64,000 bases of DNA from an uncultured bacterium (GCA_963705915.1 OY970126.1:102753-166752); one strand, 5' to 3'; positions 27,593 through 37,870 are shown, counted from the stretch's first letter. Numbers and translations: made by a program. Notes: generated from the sequence alone by a model not told the origin.

Positions 27593-30289
27593 ATGTTTGA
27601 TTCACTAAAGAAGGTTTTTGGAGGGAATCATGTGGCTGCTTTCCAAAGGAAAGTGGATGAAATTAGCGCCCTCGAGCCGGAAATTGCAAAGCTTTCTGAC
27701 GACCAAATAAAAGAGCGAAGCCTCAAATTAAAGGAGGGGATTTCGGGCGGTTCTACGCCTACTGTTGATACGGACAGCGTCACGGAAGAGGTTCGCGATC
27801 CGAACGACTCGCTTGATAGCATCCTTCCAGAAGCATTTGCCCTCGCGCGCGAAGCCGCGCGGCGAACGCTTGGCCAGCGGCCGTTCGACGTGCAGCTCAT
27901 GGGTGGCGTCGCGCTTCACGAGGGGTCGGTTGCCGAAATGATGACTGGTGAAGGAAAAACACTCGCGGCGGTTGCGCCGACGTATCTTAATGCGCTCACC
28001 GGGAAAGGCGTGCATGTCGTGACCGTGAACGAATATCTTGCGCGACGCGACGCAGTATGGATGGGACAAGTGTATCGCGCGCTCGGTTTGAGTGTCGCGT
28101 GCATCGTTCCCGGCGCGGCATTTTTGTACGACCCCGAATGGAAAATTCCGGAAGACGCCGAGAAGCTTGCGGAAAAAGCCGTTGACGTCACGGGAAGTTT
28201 TTTGGTTCAGCAGGATTTCTTGCGGCCGGTGAATCGGCGCGAAGCCTATCAGGCAGATATCACCTATGGCACGAACCACGAATTTGGTTTTGATTACCTG
28301 CGCGATAATTTGGCCTATAGCATTGAAGGTCAGGTTCAGCGCGGGCACCACTACGCGATCATCGATGAAGTCGACAGTATTTTGATTGACGAAGCGCGTA
28401 CGCCGCTTATCATCGCTGCGCCGGACATGCAGTCAAGCGATTTTTATAAGACCTTCGCGCGCGTGGCGGCAAACTTGGTAAAAGAAGAGGATTACGATGT
28501 TGATGAAAAGCGGAAGACCGTTGCCATCACCGACGCCGGTGTTGAGAAGGTTGAAAAAATGGTCGGTGTGCAAAATATTTACGCGCCGGAAAACATCCGC
28601 CTTGTGCACTACCTGGAAGAGAGCGTAAAGGCTCATGCGTTGTTCCATCGCGACCGCGATTACGTGGTAAAAAACGACGAAGTGATCATCGTCGACGAAT
28701 TCACCGGCCGGATGCTCCTCGGCCGCCGCTATCAGGCCGGACTCCATCAGGCGATCGAGGCAAAGGAAGGCGTGAAAGTGAAAGACGAATCTCGCACATA
28801 CGGCAAAATTTCCATCCAAAACTATTTCCGCATGTACGAAAAAATCGCCGGCATGACGGGAACCGCCCAGACATCAGCCGAAGAATTTTATAAAGTCTAC
28901 GAACTCGACGTGGAAAGCATTCCGCCGAACCGTCCGCTCGCACGAAAAGATTTGAATGACCTCATCTATAAGAACCTTGGCGCGAAGGTTCAGGCGATTG
29001 TAAAAGAAGTCCGTGACCGTCAGCAAAAAGGGCAGCCGGTGCTCCTTGGTACTACGTCAATTGCCAAGAACGAAATCATCTCAGCCGCGCTTGCGCAGGC
29101 GAACGTCAAGCATGAGGTATTGAACGCAAAAAATAACGAGCGTGAAGGTGCGATCATCGCGCAAGCCGGCAAGCCGGGAGCCGTCACGGTTGCAACGAAC
29201 GTCGCCGGCCGCGGCGTCGACATTTTGCTTGGCGGCAATCCGCCGACACCGGAAGAAGCTGAGAAAGTCCGCGCGCTTGGTGGTTTACACGTGATCGGCA
29301 CCGACCGGCACGAAGCCCGCCGCATCGACAATCAGCTCCGCGGCCGCGCCGGGCGCCAAGGCGACCCGGGATCTTCGCAGTTTTTCCTTTCACTCGAAGA
29401 TGATTTGCTCCGCATTTTCGGCGGCGACCGGATCAAGGGCCTCATGGAACGCTTTGACCTGCCGGAAGACCAGCCGATTGAGTTCGGCATGGTTACCAAA
29501 GCGGTTGCACAGGCGCAGGAAAAAGTTGAAGGAGCGAACTTCGATCTCCGCAAACACCTGCTCGACTACGACGACGTTTTAAACAAACAGCGCGGCGCAA
29601 TTTATAAGAAGAGGCAGGAGTGGCTCGGCATACTTGATAAGAACGACCTCGCCCAAGCAATCGCCGACGCCGCGCTTGCGCACTTTGAGGTAGCGCTCGC
29701 GCCCCGCCTTGCAGAAGAGAGTGTTGAGGGGCAGCCCATCGGGAAAGAGGCGGTTATAAAAGCCTTTCACGATGCCCAAATCACACTCAACCCGGAAAAC
29801 GATTTTGAGAAATCTATCACCATGCAGAGTGAAAAAGTTGCCGAGCATCCGCTCGCAAAAAATAATCTGCTTGGCATTCTCGACATGCTGTGGATGACGA
29901 ATCTCGAAGACCTCGAGGCGCTTCAGGAGTCCGTTGGCTTGCGCGCCTATGGCCAACGCGACCCGCTCGTTGAATACCGCCAAGAAGCAAGCCGGCTTTT
30001 CAAAGCGTTTTGGAGCAATTTCGATGGATGGGTATTTGCGAATATGTTTAAGTTGGTAAATACGACGGCAGTGAACACTTCGCCGACAAGTGGTGGCGTG
30101 ATCAATATCCAGGCCCCAGCCAGTGTTAGCACGGCAGGAAAAGCAGATGAAAAAATTGGGCGCAATGAGCCCTGTCCGTGTGGTAGCGGCAAGAAATGGA
30201 AGAAGTGCGGACTTTTGAACACGCCTGAGCACCAAAAAAATATGGCGCAACGGGCGTCAAAACCAAAACACGAAGTGATAGGAGGATAA
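27593..30289 (+). CDS. secA: preprotein translocase subunit SecA
   Basis: DEAD-motor motifs (MMTGEGKTL, IIDEVDSILIDEARTPLII), C-terminal Zn-binding CPCGSGKKWKKCG. Confidence 0.95.
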   Translation: MFDSLKKVFGGNHVAAFQRKVDEISALEPEIAKLSDDQIKERSLKLKEGISGGSTPTVDTDSVTEEVRDPNDSLDSILPEAFALAREAARRTLGQRPFDVQLMGGVALHEGSVAEMMTGEGKTLAAVAPTYLNALTGKGVHVVTVNEYLARRDAVWMGQVYRALGLSVACIVPGAAFLYDPEWKIPEDAEKLAEKAVDVTGSFLVQQDFLRPVNRREAYQADITYGTNHEFGFDYLRDNLAYSIEGQVQRGHHYAIIDEVDSILIDEARTPLIIAAPDMQSSDFYKTFARVAANLVKEEDYDVDEKRKTVAITDAGVEKVEKMVGVQNIYAPENIRLVHYLEESVKAHALFHRDRDYVVKNDEVIIVDEFTGRMLLGRRYQAGLHQAIEAKEGVKVKDESRTYGKISIQNYFRMYEKIAGMTGTAQTSAEEFYKVYELDVESIPPNRPLARKDLNDLIYKNLGAKVQAIVKEVRDRQQKGQPVLLGTTSIAKNEIISAALAQANVKHEVLNAKNNEREGAIIAQAGKPGAVTVATNVAGRGVDILLGGNPPTPEEAEKVRALGGLHVIGTDRHEARRIDNQLRGRAGRQGDPGSSQFFLSLEDDLLRIFGGDRIKGLMERFDLPEDQPIEFGMVTKAVAQAQEKVEGANFDLRKHLLDYDDVLNKQRGAIYKKRQEWLGILDKNDLAQAIADAALAHFEVALAPRLAEESVEGQPIGKEAVIKAFHDAQITLNPENDFEKSITMQSEKVAEHPLAKNNLLGILDMLWMTNLEDLEALQESVGLRAYGQRDPLVEYRQEASRLFKAFWSNFDGWVFANMFKLVNTTAVNTSPTSGGVINIQAPASVSTAGKADEKIGRNEPCPCGSGKKWKKCGLLNTPEHQKNMAQRASKPKHEVIGG

Positions 30290-30461
30290 CGATTGCATAA
30301 CATGTGCATCTGATTCAGGGTTGGATTTTCTCATCGCAAAAATTCCTTATAAAACAAGGATCTCAAAAATTATCCACAGGGTGTGGAAAAGAAGTCTGAA
30401 TTTTTGACGAAACATAGCGGGAAACTATATCGTTATAAGAACGTGTTGGCTAAAAACCAAC

Positions 30462-31070
30462 ATGACAACCCCTCCTAACAAAATTCAGATCTATTCGTAT
30501 TTATTTATGGAACTCAAAATAAGCAAAGGAGACCGGCTAACCCAGCTTGCCATCAAGATGAGAAAAGGGGATCGGCGTGCAGCTTCAGAGCTCTATGACG
30601 ATCTTATGCCCAAAGTATTCGGGTTTCTTTTCACGCGTACCGGCAAGCGCGAGATCGCTGAAGATTTATCGCAGGACATCTTCGTGAAGCTTGTGCAAAA
30701 GGTAGATAGCTTCGATGAAAAGCGAGGCAAGTTCACGGTTTGGTTTTGGCAGATGGTCCGCCACGTACTCATCGATCACTATCGCGAAAAAAAGGAAACG
30801 CCATTCTCCGCATTTGAGGAAGAAACCGTAGCGACGATGGCCGTGGAGGAACTCCCGGACTTCGACCATAAATTGCGCTACGAAAAATTGAAAATATTCT
30901 TAACAACGCTTACCGACGAGGAACGTCAGCTTTTCGAGCTTCGCTACGTGGCTGAAATGCCGTACAAAGAAATCGCGACGATGCTTGAACGCTCAGAGGG
31001 GTCGCTCCGTGTCGCCGTGCTGCGGGTGAAAGAAAAGATTAAAAAAGAGTTTGAAGTTCAACGAGCATAA
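30462..31070 (+). CDS. RNA polymerase sigma factor, ECF/sigma-70 family
   Basis: Region 2 (DLSQDIFVKLVQK...FTVWFWQMVRHVLIDHYR) and region 4 HTH (YKEIATMLERSEGSLRVAVLRVKEKI). Confidence 0.8.
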   Translation: MTTPPNKIQIYSYLFMELKISKGDRLTQLAIKMRKGDRRAASELYDDLMPKVFGFLFTRTGKREIAEDLSQDIFVKLVQKVDSFDEKRGKFTVWFWQMVRHVLIDHYREKKETPFSAFEEETVATMAVEELPDFDHKLRYEKLKIFLTTLTDEERQLFELRYVAEMPYKEIATMLERSEGSLRVAVLRVKEKIKKEFEVQRA

Positions 31071-31097
31071 CACGAAAGCGCTTTTAAAAAATTTTTA

Positions 31098-31910
31098 ATG
31101 AATCCAGATCTGGATAAAACCATGAAAAACGATTTAAAAAAAATAGTATATCCATCCGAACAATTCACCCAAAAGGCAAAGGGGCGGTTTTTGGCAACGT
31201 TTGACGCAAAGCACGGAACGCGGCCTCAACCAGCCGGTCACCGGATGACGGCATGGGCCAAGGCATTCATCGTCATTGGGGCGCTCGCGGCAGTGATGGT
31301 GAGTGTTTCGGCATATGCCGACACCGCGAATGTAGCCGCCGACAACCCACTCTATCCATTCAAGCGATTGAGTGAAAATGTCCGTCTTGCGCTCACCCCA
31401 AAAAATGAACAGGCGCAGGTTGAGGCAAGCCTTGCGGTGCGACGCGCGAATGAGATCGCCGACCTTTCAACGCGTAAGCCGACAAGCACGATCATTGCAA
31501 GCCTCTCCAGCGATTTTCAAAACGACGTGAGCAGCTCGCTCGGTGATCTTGGCGCCGAAAACGACGGGAATGTTTCTTTGAGTAGCAACGCCACCGCGAC
31601 ACCGTCGCCAACTGCTGCACGGATACCCGCGGCCGTTTCTCCTCATGCCACGTCAACGAGTGCCACGGCCATACCGACGCCCACCATCCGCACCCTCGGT
31701 ACCGGCTCGCTTTCCTGTGATGAGATCACGTCGATTTTGTCGGGATCGCTTGCGGCGCGTGTACAGATTTCGAGTAATGCCTCGCTTCTCGCACGGCTTG
31801 AGGGCCGTTGTGGCGAGATCGATAGCGCGCGGGTGAGCGCAACGTCTTCCTTCCAGGCACGCATTCCGGTTCCGATCCATCCGACGCCAACGTTGAAGTC
31901 GTTGCTCTAG
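31098..31910 (+). CDS. putative anti-sigma factor / membrane protein downstream of ECF sigma
   Basis: Single TM (AFIVIGALAAVMVSVSAYA), extracytoplasmic Ser/Thr/Ala-rich C-terminus; position immediately after sigma gene. Confidence 0.4.
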   Translation: MNPDLDKTMKNDLKKIVYPSEQFTQKAKGRFLATFDAKHGTRPQPAGHRMTAWAKAFIVIGALAAVMVSVSAYADTANVAADNPLYPFKRLSENVRLALTPKNEQAQVEASLAVRRANEIADLSTRKPTSTIIASLSSDFQNDVSSSLGDLGAENDGNVSLSSNATATPSPTAARIPAAVSPHATSTSATAIPTPTIRTLGTGSLSCDEITSILSGSLAARVQISSNASLLARLEGRCGEIDSARVSATSSFQARIPVPIHPTPTLKSLL

Positions 31911-31929
31911 TATGTGATATTGTAGACAA

Positions 31930-32259
31930 ATGACTATTGATGAATTTCAGAAAGCCGATTTGCGCGTCGGCACTATTCTTGGGGCCGAACGCATCGAAGG
32001 TTCGGAGAAATTATTGAAGTTGCACATCGACCTCGGCGACGCCGAAGGTGGTCCACGGCAAATTATTTCCGGGATTGCCAAATACTATACGCCGGAACAG
32101 CTTATCGGAAGGCAGGTTGTCGTCATTGCAAATCTCGACCCTCGCATGATGATGGGCCTTGAAAGCCGAGGTATGCTGCTTGCCGCACACGGGCAAGATG
32201 GCGTGCCCATTATTCTGAATCCTGATTCGTCAGTTCCTGCGGGATCGAAGATTTCTTAA
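31930..32259 (+). CDS. csaA: tRNA-binding protein (CsaA/Trbp111, EMAP-like OB fold)
   Basis: FQKADLRVGTILGAERIEGSEKLLKLHIDLGD..PRQIISGIAKYYTPEQLIGRQVVVIANL matches tRNA_bind domain. Confidence 0.8.
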   Translation: MTIDEFQKADLRVGTILGAERIEGSEKLLKLHIDLGDAEGGPRQIISGIAKYYTPEQLIGRQVVVIANLDPRMMMGLESRGMLLAAHGQDGVPIILNPDSSVPAGSKIS

Positions 32260-32817
32260 TTGTGCAGGGGATATGCTACAATAACTTTCATGAAAAAAAC
32301 TATACTCGTCGTTGTGTTTGTCGCGGTCGCGGCCGGCGTTATCGGCCTTGGGGCGTGGTACAGTAATCAAATTTCAGCGCAGAGCAATCAGTCGGCGGTC
32401 GATCAAGGCGCTGCAGCCCAAGAAACCCAATCACAAGCCATGCAAAATCTTAACATTATCGACACCGTCGTTGGCACGGGAACTGTCGCTGAGCCGGGAG
32501 ATACCTTGAGCGTCCTTTACACAGGCAAGCTCGATAACGGAACCGTCTTCGATGCTTCATCGCTTCACGGCAACCAACCGTTTTCATTCACGCTTGGCGT
32601 GCAGCAGGTCATCCAAGGATGGGATCTCGGCCTCGTTGGTATGAAAGTCGGCGGTACCCGTGAGCTCACAATTCCTCCAGAACTTGCCTACGGTGATCAG
32701 TCACCATCTGCTTCGATCCCGCCAAATTCGACGCTTCACTTCACCATCCAATTGCTTTCTGTTTCGACGAGCTCTGCCTCGAGCAGTTCCGGCGAAACCG
32801 TGAACATCGGCCAATAA
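32260..32817 (+). CDS. FKBP-type peptidyl-prolyl cis-trans isomerase (secreted)
   Basis: GDTLSVLYTGKLDNGTVFDAS...QVIQGWDLGLVGMKVGGTRELTIPPELAYG; probable start MKKTIL at ~32290 with signal/TM. Confidence 0.85.
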   Translation: MCRGYATITFMKKTILVVVFVAVAAGVIGLGAWYSNQISAQSNQSAVDQGAAAQETQSQAMQNLNIIDTVVGTGTVAEPGDTLSVLYTGKLDNGTVFDASSLHGNQPFSFTLGVQQVIQGWDLGLVGMKVGGTRELTIPPELAYGDQSPSASIPPNSTLHFTIQLLSVSTSSASSSSGETVNIGQ

Positions 32818-32933
32818 TTGGAAGTCTGCCTTGTGGATAACAGCAACGGCATGCAAAAAACCCAGAAAAATCTGGGTTTTTTGAGCTTCATTTTTTAATA
32901 AAGTTTTAATGTACCGCTTGCTATGATGGAGGC

Positions 32934-33605
32934 ATGCGAGCACTTTTAGTTGAAGACGAACAAAAAATGGCGAGCTTTATCATGACCGGTTTGAAGACCG
33001 AACATTTTGCGAGTGATTGGACGGACAACGCAGAAAAAGCACTTTTTTGGGCAAAGACCAATCCGTACGATGTCGGCGTCATCGATATCAACCTTGGCAA
33101 GGGAGGCAATGGTCTTGATGTCTGCAAAGCGATCCGAGTAAGCGGGAAAAAGTTTCCGATTATCATGCTCTCGGTCATCAACGATACGCCGACGAAAGTT
33201 GAGGCGCTTAATCTTGGCGCCGATGATTATCTCGTAAAACCTTTTGCCATGACCGAGCTCACCGCCCGAATTCGGGCACTCATGCGGCGTGAGAAGAGCA
33301 TTGTTGGGCCGGTGATGAAAATTGCCGATCTCGAAATGGATACGCTTGCCCATAGCGTGAAGCGCGCCGGCAAATCGGTGGCGCTCAATAAAAAAGAATT
33401 CGCACTCCTCGAATATCTTATGCGGAATGAAGGAACGACGCTCACGCGCGGTATGATTCTCGAACACGTCTGGGATATGAACGTCGATCCATTCACAAAT
33501 ACCGTCGATGTCCACATCCGATTTCTACGTGCAAAAGTTGACGAAGGGCATAAAAGAAAATTGGTAAAAACAGTTCACGGCTACGGTTACAAAATCGAGG
33601 GATAG
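32934..33605 (+). CDS. response regulator transcription factor (OmpR family), orphan
   Basis: REC domain (LLVEDE...D...K) plus winged-helix Trans_reg_C (LVKTVHGYGYKI); no histidine kinase adjacent. Confidence 0.85.
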   Translation: MRALLVEDEQKMASFIMTGLKTEHFASDWTDNAEKALFWAKTNPYDVGVIDINLGKGGNGLDVCKAIRVSGKKFPIIMLSVINDTPTKVEALNLGADDYLVKPFAMTELTARIRALMRREKSIVGPVMKIADLEMDTLAHSVKRAGKSVALNKKEFALLEYLMRNEGTTLTRGMILEHVWDMNVDPFTNTVDVHIRFLRAKVDEGHKRKLVKTVHGYGYKIEG

Positions 33606-33621
33606 ATGATATTATGGAGAA

Positions 33622-36075
33622 ATGCGCTCACCAACCGAAAAACATTTTGTCCCAACCATCTTTGTTGTTCTCGGCGCGACCGGGGACTTGATGACAAAAA
33701 AGATTGTTCCTGCACTTTTCCAACTTCACGAAAAAAAGGCGCTGCCGCCCCATTTTAAATTTCTGGGTGTCTCGCGGCGAGATTGGACCGACGAAGATCT
33801 TCGCCGGCACATTGAAGCAATTTTGAGCGTGAAAGCTCCGCATGCTTCGCGTGCATCTATCGAATCATTTTTAAAACTCGCCATCTATCATAAGCTCACA
33901 TTCCAATCTCGCGAGGATTATAGTGGGCTGAAAGACGCATTGCATAAAATCGACGACGAGAAAGGCATGTGTTCAAATAAGCTTCTCTATTTATCGGTGC
34001 CGCCGCAATTCTATGGAGAAATTCTCGATAACATCAAACGGGCCGGGCTGCACGAAGAATGCATGCCCCACAGCGAGGGCGAAGGATGGACGCGGGTCGT
34101 TATTGAAAAGCCTTTTGGCAATAATGAAAAAAGCGCCAAGGCGCTCGACGAAAAAATCGCAAAGATTTTTAATGAAGACCAAATTTATCGCGTAGACCAT
34201 TATCTCGCAAAGGAAACGTTCCAAAATATTCTTGCGTTCCGGTTCTACAACGATCTTTTTGAGAATGGCTGGGGGAAGAAATTGATTGAGGCCGTCTATC
34301 TGCGAGGTCTAGAAAATATCGGGGTGGAGGATCGCGGACCTTTTTATGATCCGCTCGGTGCTCTCCGCGATGTTGGACAAAATCACATGCTTCAGATGGC
34401 TGCCCTCATTGCGATGGAACAGCCTGAGAATCTGGACGCCGAAGCGATCCGCGCCAAACGTGCAGAGATTTTAAAAAAACTGAAACCGCTTTCGACCGAT
34501 GAGGTGGCCGCACAGACGTTTCGTGCCCAATACGAAGGCTATGGATCAATCAAAGGCGTGGCACCGAATTCTCAGACGGAAACCTATTTCCGCGTGCGAT
34601 TTGGGTTTGACGATCCAAATTGGGAAGGCGTGACATTTGTAATGGAAGCCGGAAAACGACTGATTGATCCCCGCGAACATCGCGAAGTCACGGAAATCGA
34701 AGTCGTATTCCGCCATCCGCAGCCATGTCTCTGCCCGCCGGGAAACCATTATCGTGATCGCGTTGTTTTTCAGCAGGATCCTCAGGAAGGCATTTTCATC
34801 CATTTCTTTGCCAAAAAGCCGGGATTCACTATGCAAATTGAAGAACGGACATTTGAGTTCGATCTCCGCCGCCATAACACGGGCGGCCGAAGTAGTGAGC
34901 GTGAAGAAAATAAAGCCCAGTACACGCAAGAGTATGAAAAACTTCTCCTCGATTGCATGCAAGGCGACCAGACATTATTCATTTCAAGCGAAGAAGTTGC
35001 CGCAATGTGGCGTTTTATCGATCCCATTGAAACAGGATGGCAAAAAGGACTCGTGCCTCTGCGGCGCTATGTTCCGGATGGCCCTGCCGTTACCGTTGAA
35101 GCGGCCGTCATCGATGAGCCGCACGCAAACGCCAAGCTTCCAAGAGAAATCGGGATATTTGGCCTCGGTAAGATGGGTGCGAATGTGGCGCGTGAGCTTC
35201 GGGACAAGGGTTGGCGAGTAGTCGTTTCGAACCGGTCGCCAGGATCGATCGATGAAATGAAAACCGAAGGCTTCGAAACGGCATATTCCTCAAAAGAACT
35301 TGTCGGCCGCCTTAAGGCGCCGCGGATCATTTGGCTCATGATCACGGCAGGCAAGGGCGTCGATGAATTTCTCTTTGGCCGCGATGGGAAGGGTGGCCTT
35401 GTGAGCCAACTTCGCAAAGGCGACATCGTGATTGATGCCGGCAATTCTTTTTATGAGGATACCGTGCGTCGCGCGAAAATCCTTGCACGCAAAAATATCC
35501 ACTTCATGGACGTTGGTTTTTCGGGTGGCCCTTCCGGCGCGCGCCACGGCGGATCGCTTATGATCGGCGGTGAACGTAAATTATTTGAAAATCTCGAGCC
35601 GTTATTCAGGGACCTTTCGGTGCCTGGCGGTTATTCCTATTTCGGTACTGCGGGCGCAGGCCATTTTGTGAAGATGGTCCATAACGGCATTGAATATGGC
35701 ATGATGCAATCGATCGCCGAGGGTTTCGCGCTCATGAAGAAATCGCCCTTCAAACTTGATCTCCAAAAAATCGCGAACGTGTATAACCGCGGCAGCGTCA
35801 TTGAGTCGCGCCTCATCGGTTGGCTCGAGGACGCATACAAGATATACGGCAAAGATCTTGTCGGAGTCTCGGGCTCGGTTGCCTACACCGGAGAAGGCGA
35901 GTGGACGGTAACAACGGGCAAAAAAATGAAGATGAAACTTCCCGCAATCGAAGATGCGTTCCGTTTCCGCGTTCGCTCAAAGCAGTCGCCGACCTATATG
36001 GGTAAAATTCTTTCCGCGTTGCGCAACCGATTTGGCGGGCATTCCATCGAAGGTCAGAAGAATCAGAAAAAGTAG
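33622..36075 (+). CDS. zwf-gnd: fusion protein: glucose-6-phosphate 1-dehydrogenase (N) + 6-phosphogluconate dehydrogenase, decarboxylating-like (C)
   Basis: N ~500 aa: VLGATGDLMTKK, RVDHYLAKETFQNILAFRF, G6PD C-domain. C ~300 aa: Rossmann IGIFGLGKMGANVAREL, GFSGGPSGARHGGSLMIGGE, AGHFVKMVHNGIEYGMMQSIAEGFALM. Single uninterrupted 817-aa ORF. Confidence 0.8.
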   Translation: MRSPTEKHFVPTIFVVLGATGDLMTKKIVPALFQLHEKKALPPHFKFLGVSRRDWTDEDLRRHIEAILSVKAPHASRASIESFLKLAIYHKLTFQSREDYSGLKDALHKIDDEKGMCSNKLLYLSVPPQFYGEILDNIKRAGLHEECMPHSEGEGWTRVVIEKPFGNNEKSAKALDEKIAKIFNEDQIYRVDHYLAKETFQNILAFRFYNDLFENGWGKKLIEAVYLRGLENIGVEDRGPFYDPLGALRDVGQNHMLQMAALIAMEQPENLDAEAIRAKRAEILKKLKPLSTDEVAAQTFRAQYEGYGSIKGVAPNSQTETYFRVRFGFDDPNWEGVTFVMEAGKRLIDPREHREVTEIEVVFRHPQPCLCPPGNHYRDRVVFQQDPQEGIFIHFFAKKPGFTMQIEERTFEFDLRRHNTGGRSSEREENKAQYTQEYEKLLLDCMQGDQTLFISSEEVAAMWRFIDPIETGWQKGLVPLRRYVPDGPAVTVEAAVIDEPHANAKLPREIGIFGLGKMGANVARELRDKGWRVVVSNRSPGSIDEMKTEGFETAYSSKELVGRLKAPRIIWLMITAGKGVDEFLFGRDGKGGLVSQLRKGDIVIDAGNSFYEDTVRRAKILARKNIHFMDVGFSGGPSGARHGGSLMIGGERKLFENLEPLFRDLSVPGGYSYFGTAGAGHFVKMVHNGIEYGMMQSIAEGFALMKKSPFKLDLQKIANVYNRGSVIESRLIGWLEDAYKIYGKDLVGVSGSVAYTGEGEWTVTTGKKMKMKLPAIEDAFRFRVRSKQSPTYMGKILSALRNRFGGHSIEGQKNQKK

Positions 36076-36126
36076 TTTCGAGCTATCCAGAATCAAAGCA
36101 TGCCCCAATGAAGTATAATAAAGGGT

Positions 36127-37098
36127 ATGCTTCCGGACGACATTAAAAATTACGCAAAACAGTTCGATTACGAGCCGATCGTCGAGAACTCAAAGAAGCT
36201 GAAGAAATTCAGCAAATTTGTGGTTGCTGGCATGGGCGGATCACACCTCGCCGCCGATATTATTAAGTCCTGGCATCCGGAACTCGATCTCGTTATCTGG
36301 CACAATTATGGTCTGCCGAAACTTCATGAAAAAGATATTAAAGACCGCTTGATTATTTTGAGTTCATATTCTGGGAACACTGAGGAGACGATCGATGCCT
36401 TAAACACCGCGAAGGCCAAGCACTTGAATGTTGCCGTTGTCGCTGCGCGAGGAAAGTTGATTAAGCTCGCGCAAAGCTTGAAGGTGCCCTATGTGCAAAT
36501 GCCGGATTTTCATATGCAGCCACGCATGGCGACCGGCCTCAGCCTAAAGGCACTTCTTGCGCTTATGGGTGAGCGGGTATGGCTTTCAGAAGCCAAGATG
36601 CTTGGCACATTGCTTCATCCATCACGGGAAGAACTTCGGGGCCGCGACCTGGCGAAGCGCCTCCACGGCACGGTTCCGATAATCTATGCATCGGTGCGCA
36701 ATATGGCAATCGCCCAGAATTGGAAAATAAAAATGAACGAAACCGGCAAAGTTCCGGCGTTCTGGAATGTCGTTCCCGAGATGAATCACAATGAAATGAC
36801 GGGATTCGATGCCAAAGACAAGACAACATCTCTTTCGCGCCATTTTCATTTTGTATTTTTGAAAGACGCCGATGACGATCGCCGCATTATTAGACGGATG
36901 AATGTGATGGAGAAATTATTCCGCGACAGGGGATTTAAGACAGAAATCGTTTTGCTCCAAGGCAAAAATGCGTTGCACAAAATTTTTAACGGTCTGATCC
37001 TTGCCGACTGGACAGCATTCCATAGTGCCAAACTTTACACCGTCGATCCCGAACAGGTGCCGATGGTTGAGGAGTTTAAGAAGCTGATTGGGAGATAG
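36127..37098 (+). CDS. bifunctional phosphoglucose/phosphomannose isomerase (SIS domain, archaeal-type PGI/PMI)
   Basis: SIS motif FVVAGMGGSHLAADIIK; ~320 aa family size; follows pentose-phosphate fusion gene. Confidence 0.65.
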   Translation: MLPDDIKNYAKQFDYEPIVENSKKLKKFSKFVVAGMGGSHLAADIIKSWHPELDLVIWHNYGLPKLHEKDIKDRLIILSSYSGNTEETIDALNTAKAKHLNVAVVAARGKLIKLAQSLKVPYVQMPDFHMQPRMATGLSLKALLALMGERVWLSEAKMLGTLLHPSREELRGRDLAKRLHGTVPIIYASVRNMAIAQNWKIKMNETGKVPAFWNVVPEMNHNEMTGFDAKDKTTSLSRHFHFVFLKDADDDRRIIRRMNVMEKLFRDRGFKTEIVLLQGKNALHKIFNGLILADWTAFHSAKLYTVDPEQVPMVEEFKKLIGR

Positions 37099-37134
37099 GA
37101 GGGTTAATGCCGTCCGTGATATAATAACGGGACT

Positions 37135-37821
37135 ATGTCCACAAAACTTTCGCGTTCCAAGCTCGAACTTTTCATTGATTGCCCGCAATGTTTTTGGCTC
37201 GATATGAAACAGGGGGTGAAACGCCCGTCCGGGCCGCCGTTCACGCTCAATAATGCGGTGGACTATTTACTCAAAGAGGAATTCGACGTTCATCGTGAAA
37301 AAAAGACGCGGCATCCGGTGATGGAAAAATATGAGATTGATGCGTTGCCGTTCCAGCATGAAAAATTAAACACGTGGCGCCATAACTTTACAGGCGTCCA
37401 GTTTGAACACAAACCGACCGGATTTCTCGTCTACGGCGCCGTCGATGATCTTTGGGTAAATCCAGACGGCGAAATCAGCGTCGTGGATTATAAGGCGACG
37501 GGGGCAAAAGAACACAAAATTTATGATTCGTATCGCAGGCAGATGGAAATTTATCAGTGGCTTCTTCGCCAGAACGGATTTGATGTTTCGCCGATCGGCT
37601 ATTTCGTTTTCGCTCGCGTGAACAAAGGCGATGGATTCGGCAATGGCAATGCGGCGCTTGCGTTCGATATGTTCATTGAGCCGCTCCACGGTGATGATTC
37701 TTGGATTGAGAAGGCATTGAGTTCGGCTAAAAAAACATTTGACATGACGACGGCGCCGGAAGCGACGCCGACCTGTGATTATTGTTCTTACCGGAAAGCT
37801 GCAGCCCGGGTTGGTTCCTGA
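37135..37821 (+). CDS. PD-(D/E)xK nuclease superfamily protein, Cas4/RecB-like with 4-Cys cluster
   Basis: N-terminal C..C (CPQCFW), core GAVDDLWVNPDGEISVVDYKAT (D...D-x-K), QxxxY (MEIYQWL), C-terminal C..C (CDYCSY). Confidence 0.55.
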   Translation: MSTKLSRSKLELFIDCPQCFWLDMKQGVKRPSGPPFTLNNAVDYLLKEEFDVHREKKTRHPVMEKYEIDALPFQHEKLNTWRHNFTGVQFEHKPTGFLVYGAVDDLWVNPDGEISVVDYKATGAKEHKIYDSYRRQMEIYQWLLRQNGFDVSPIGYFVFARVNKGDGFGNGNAALAFDMFIEPLHGDDSWIEKALSSAKKTFDMTTAPEATPTCDYCSYRKAAARVGS

Positions 37822-37870
37822 TGTTGCAAAGTTCGAGAAAGTATGTATAATAATTAGTCAGGAGGGCGCT

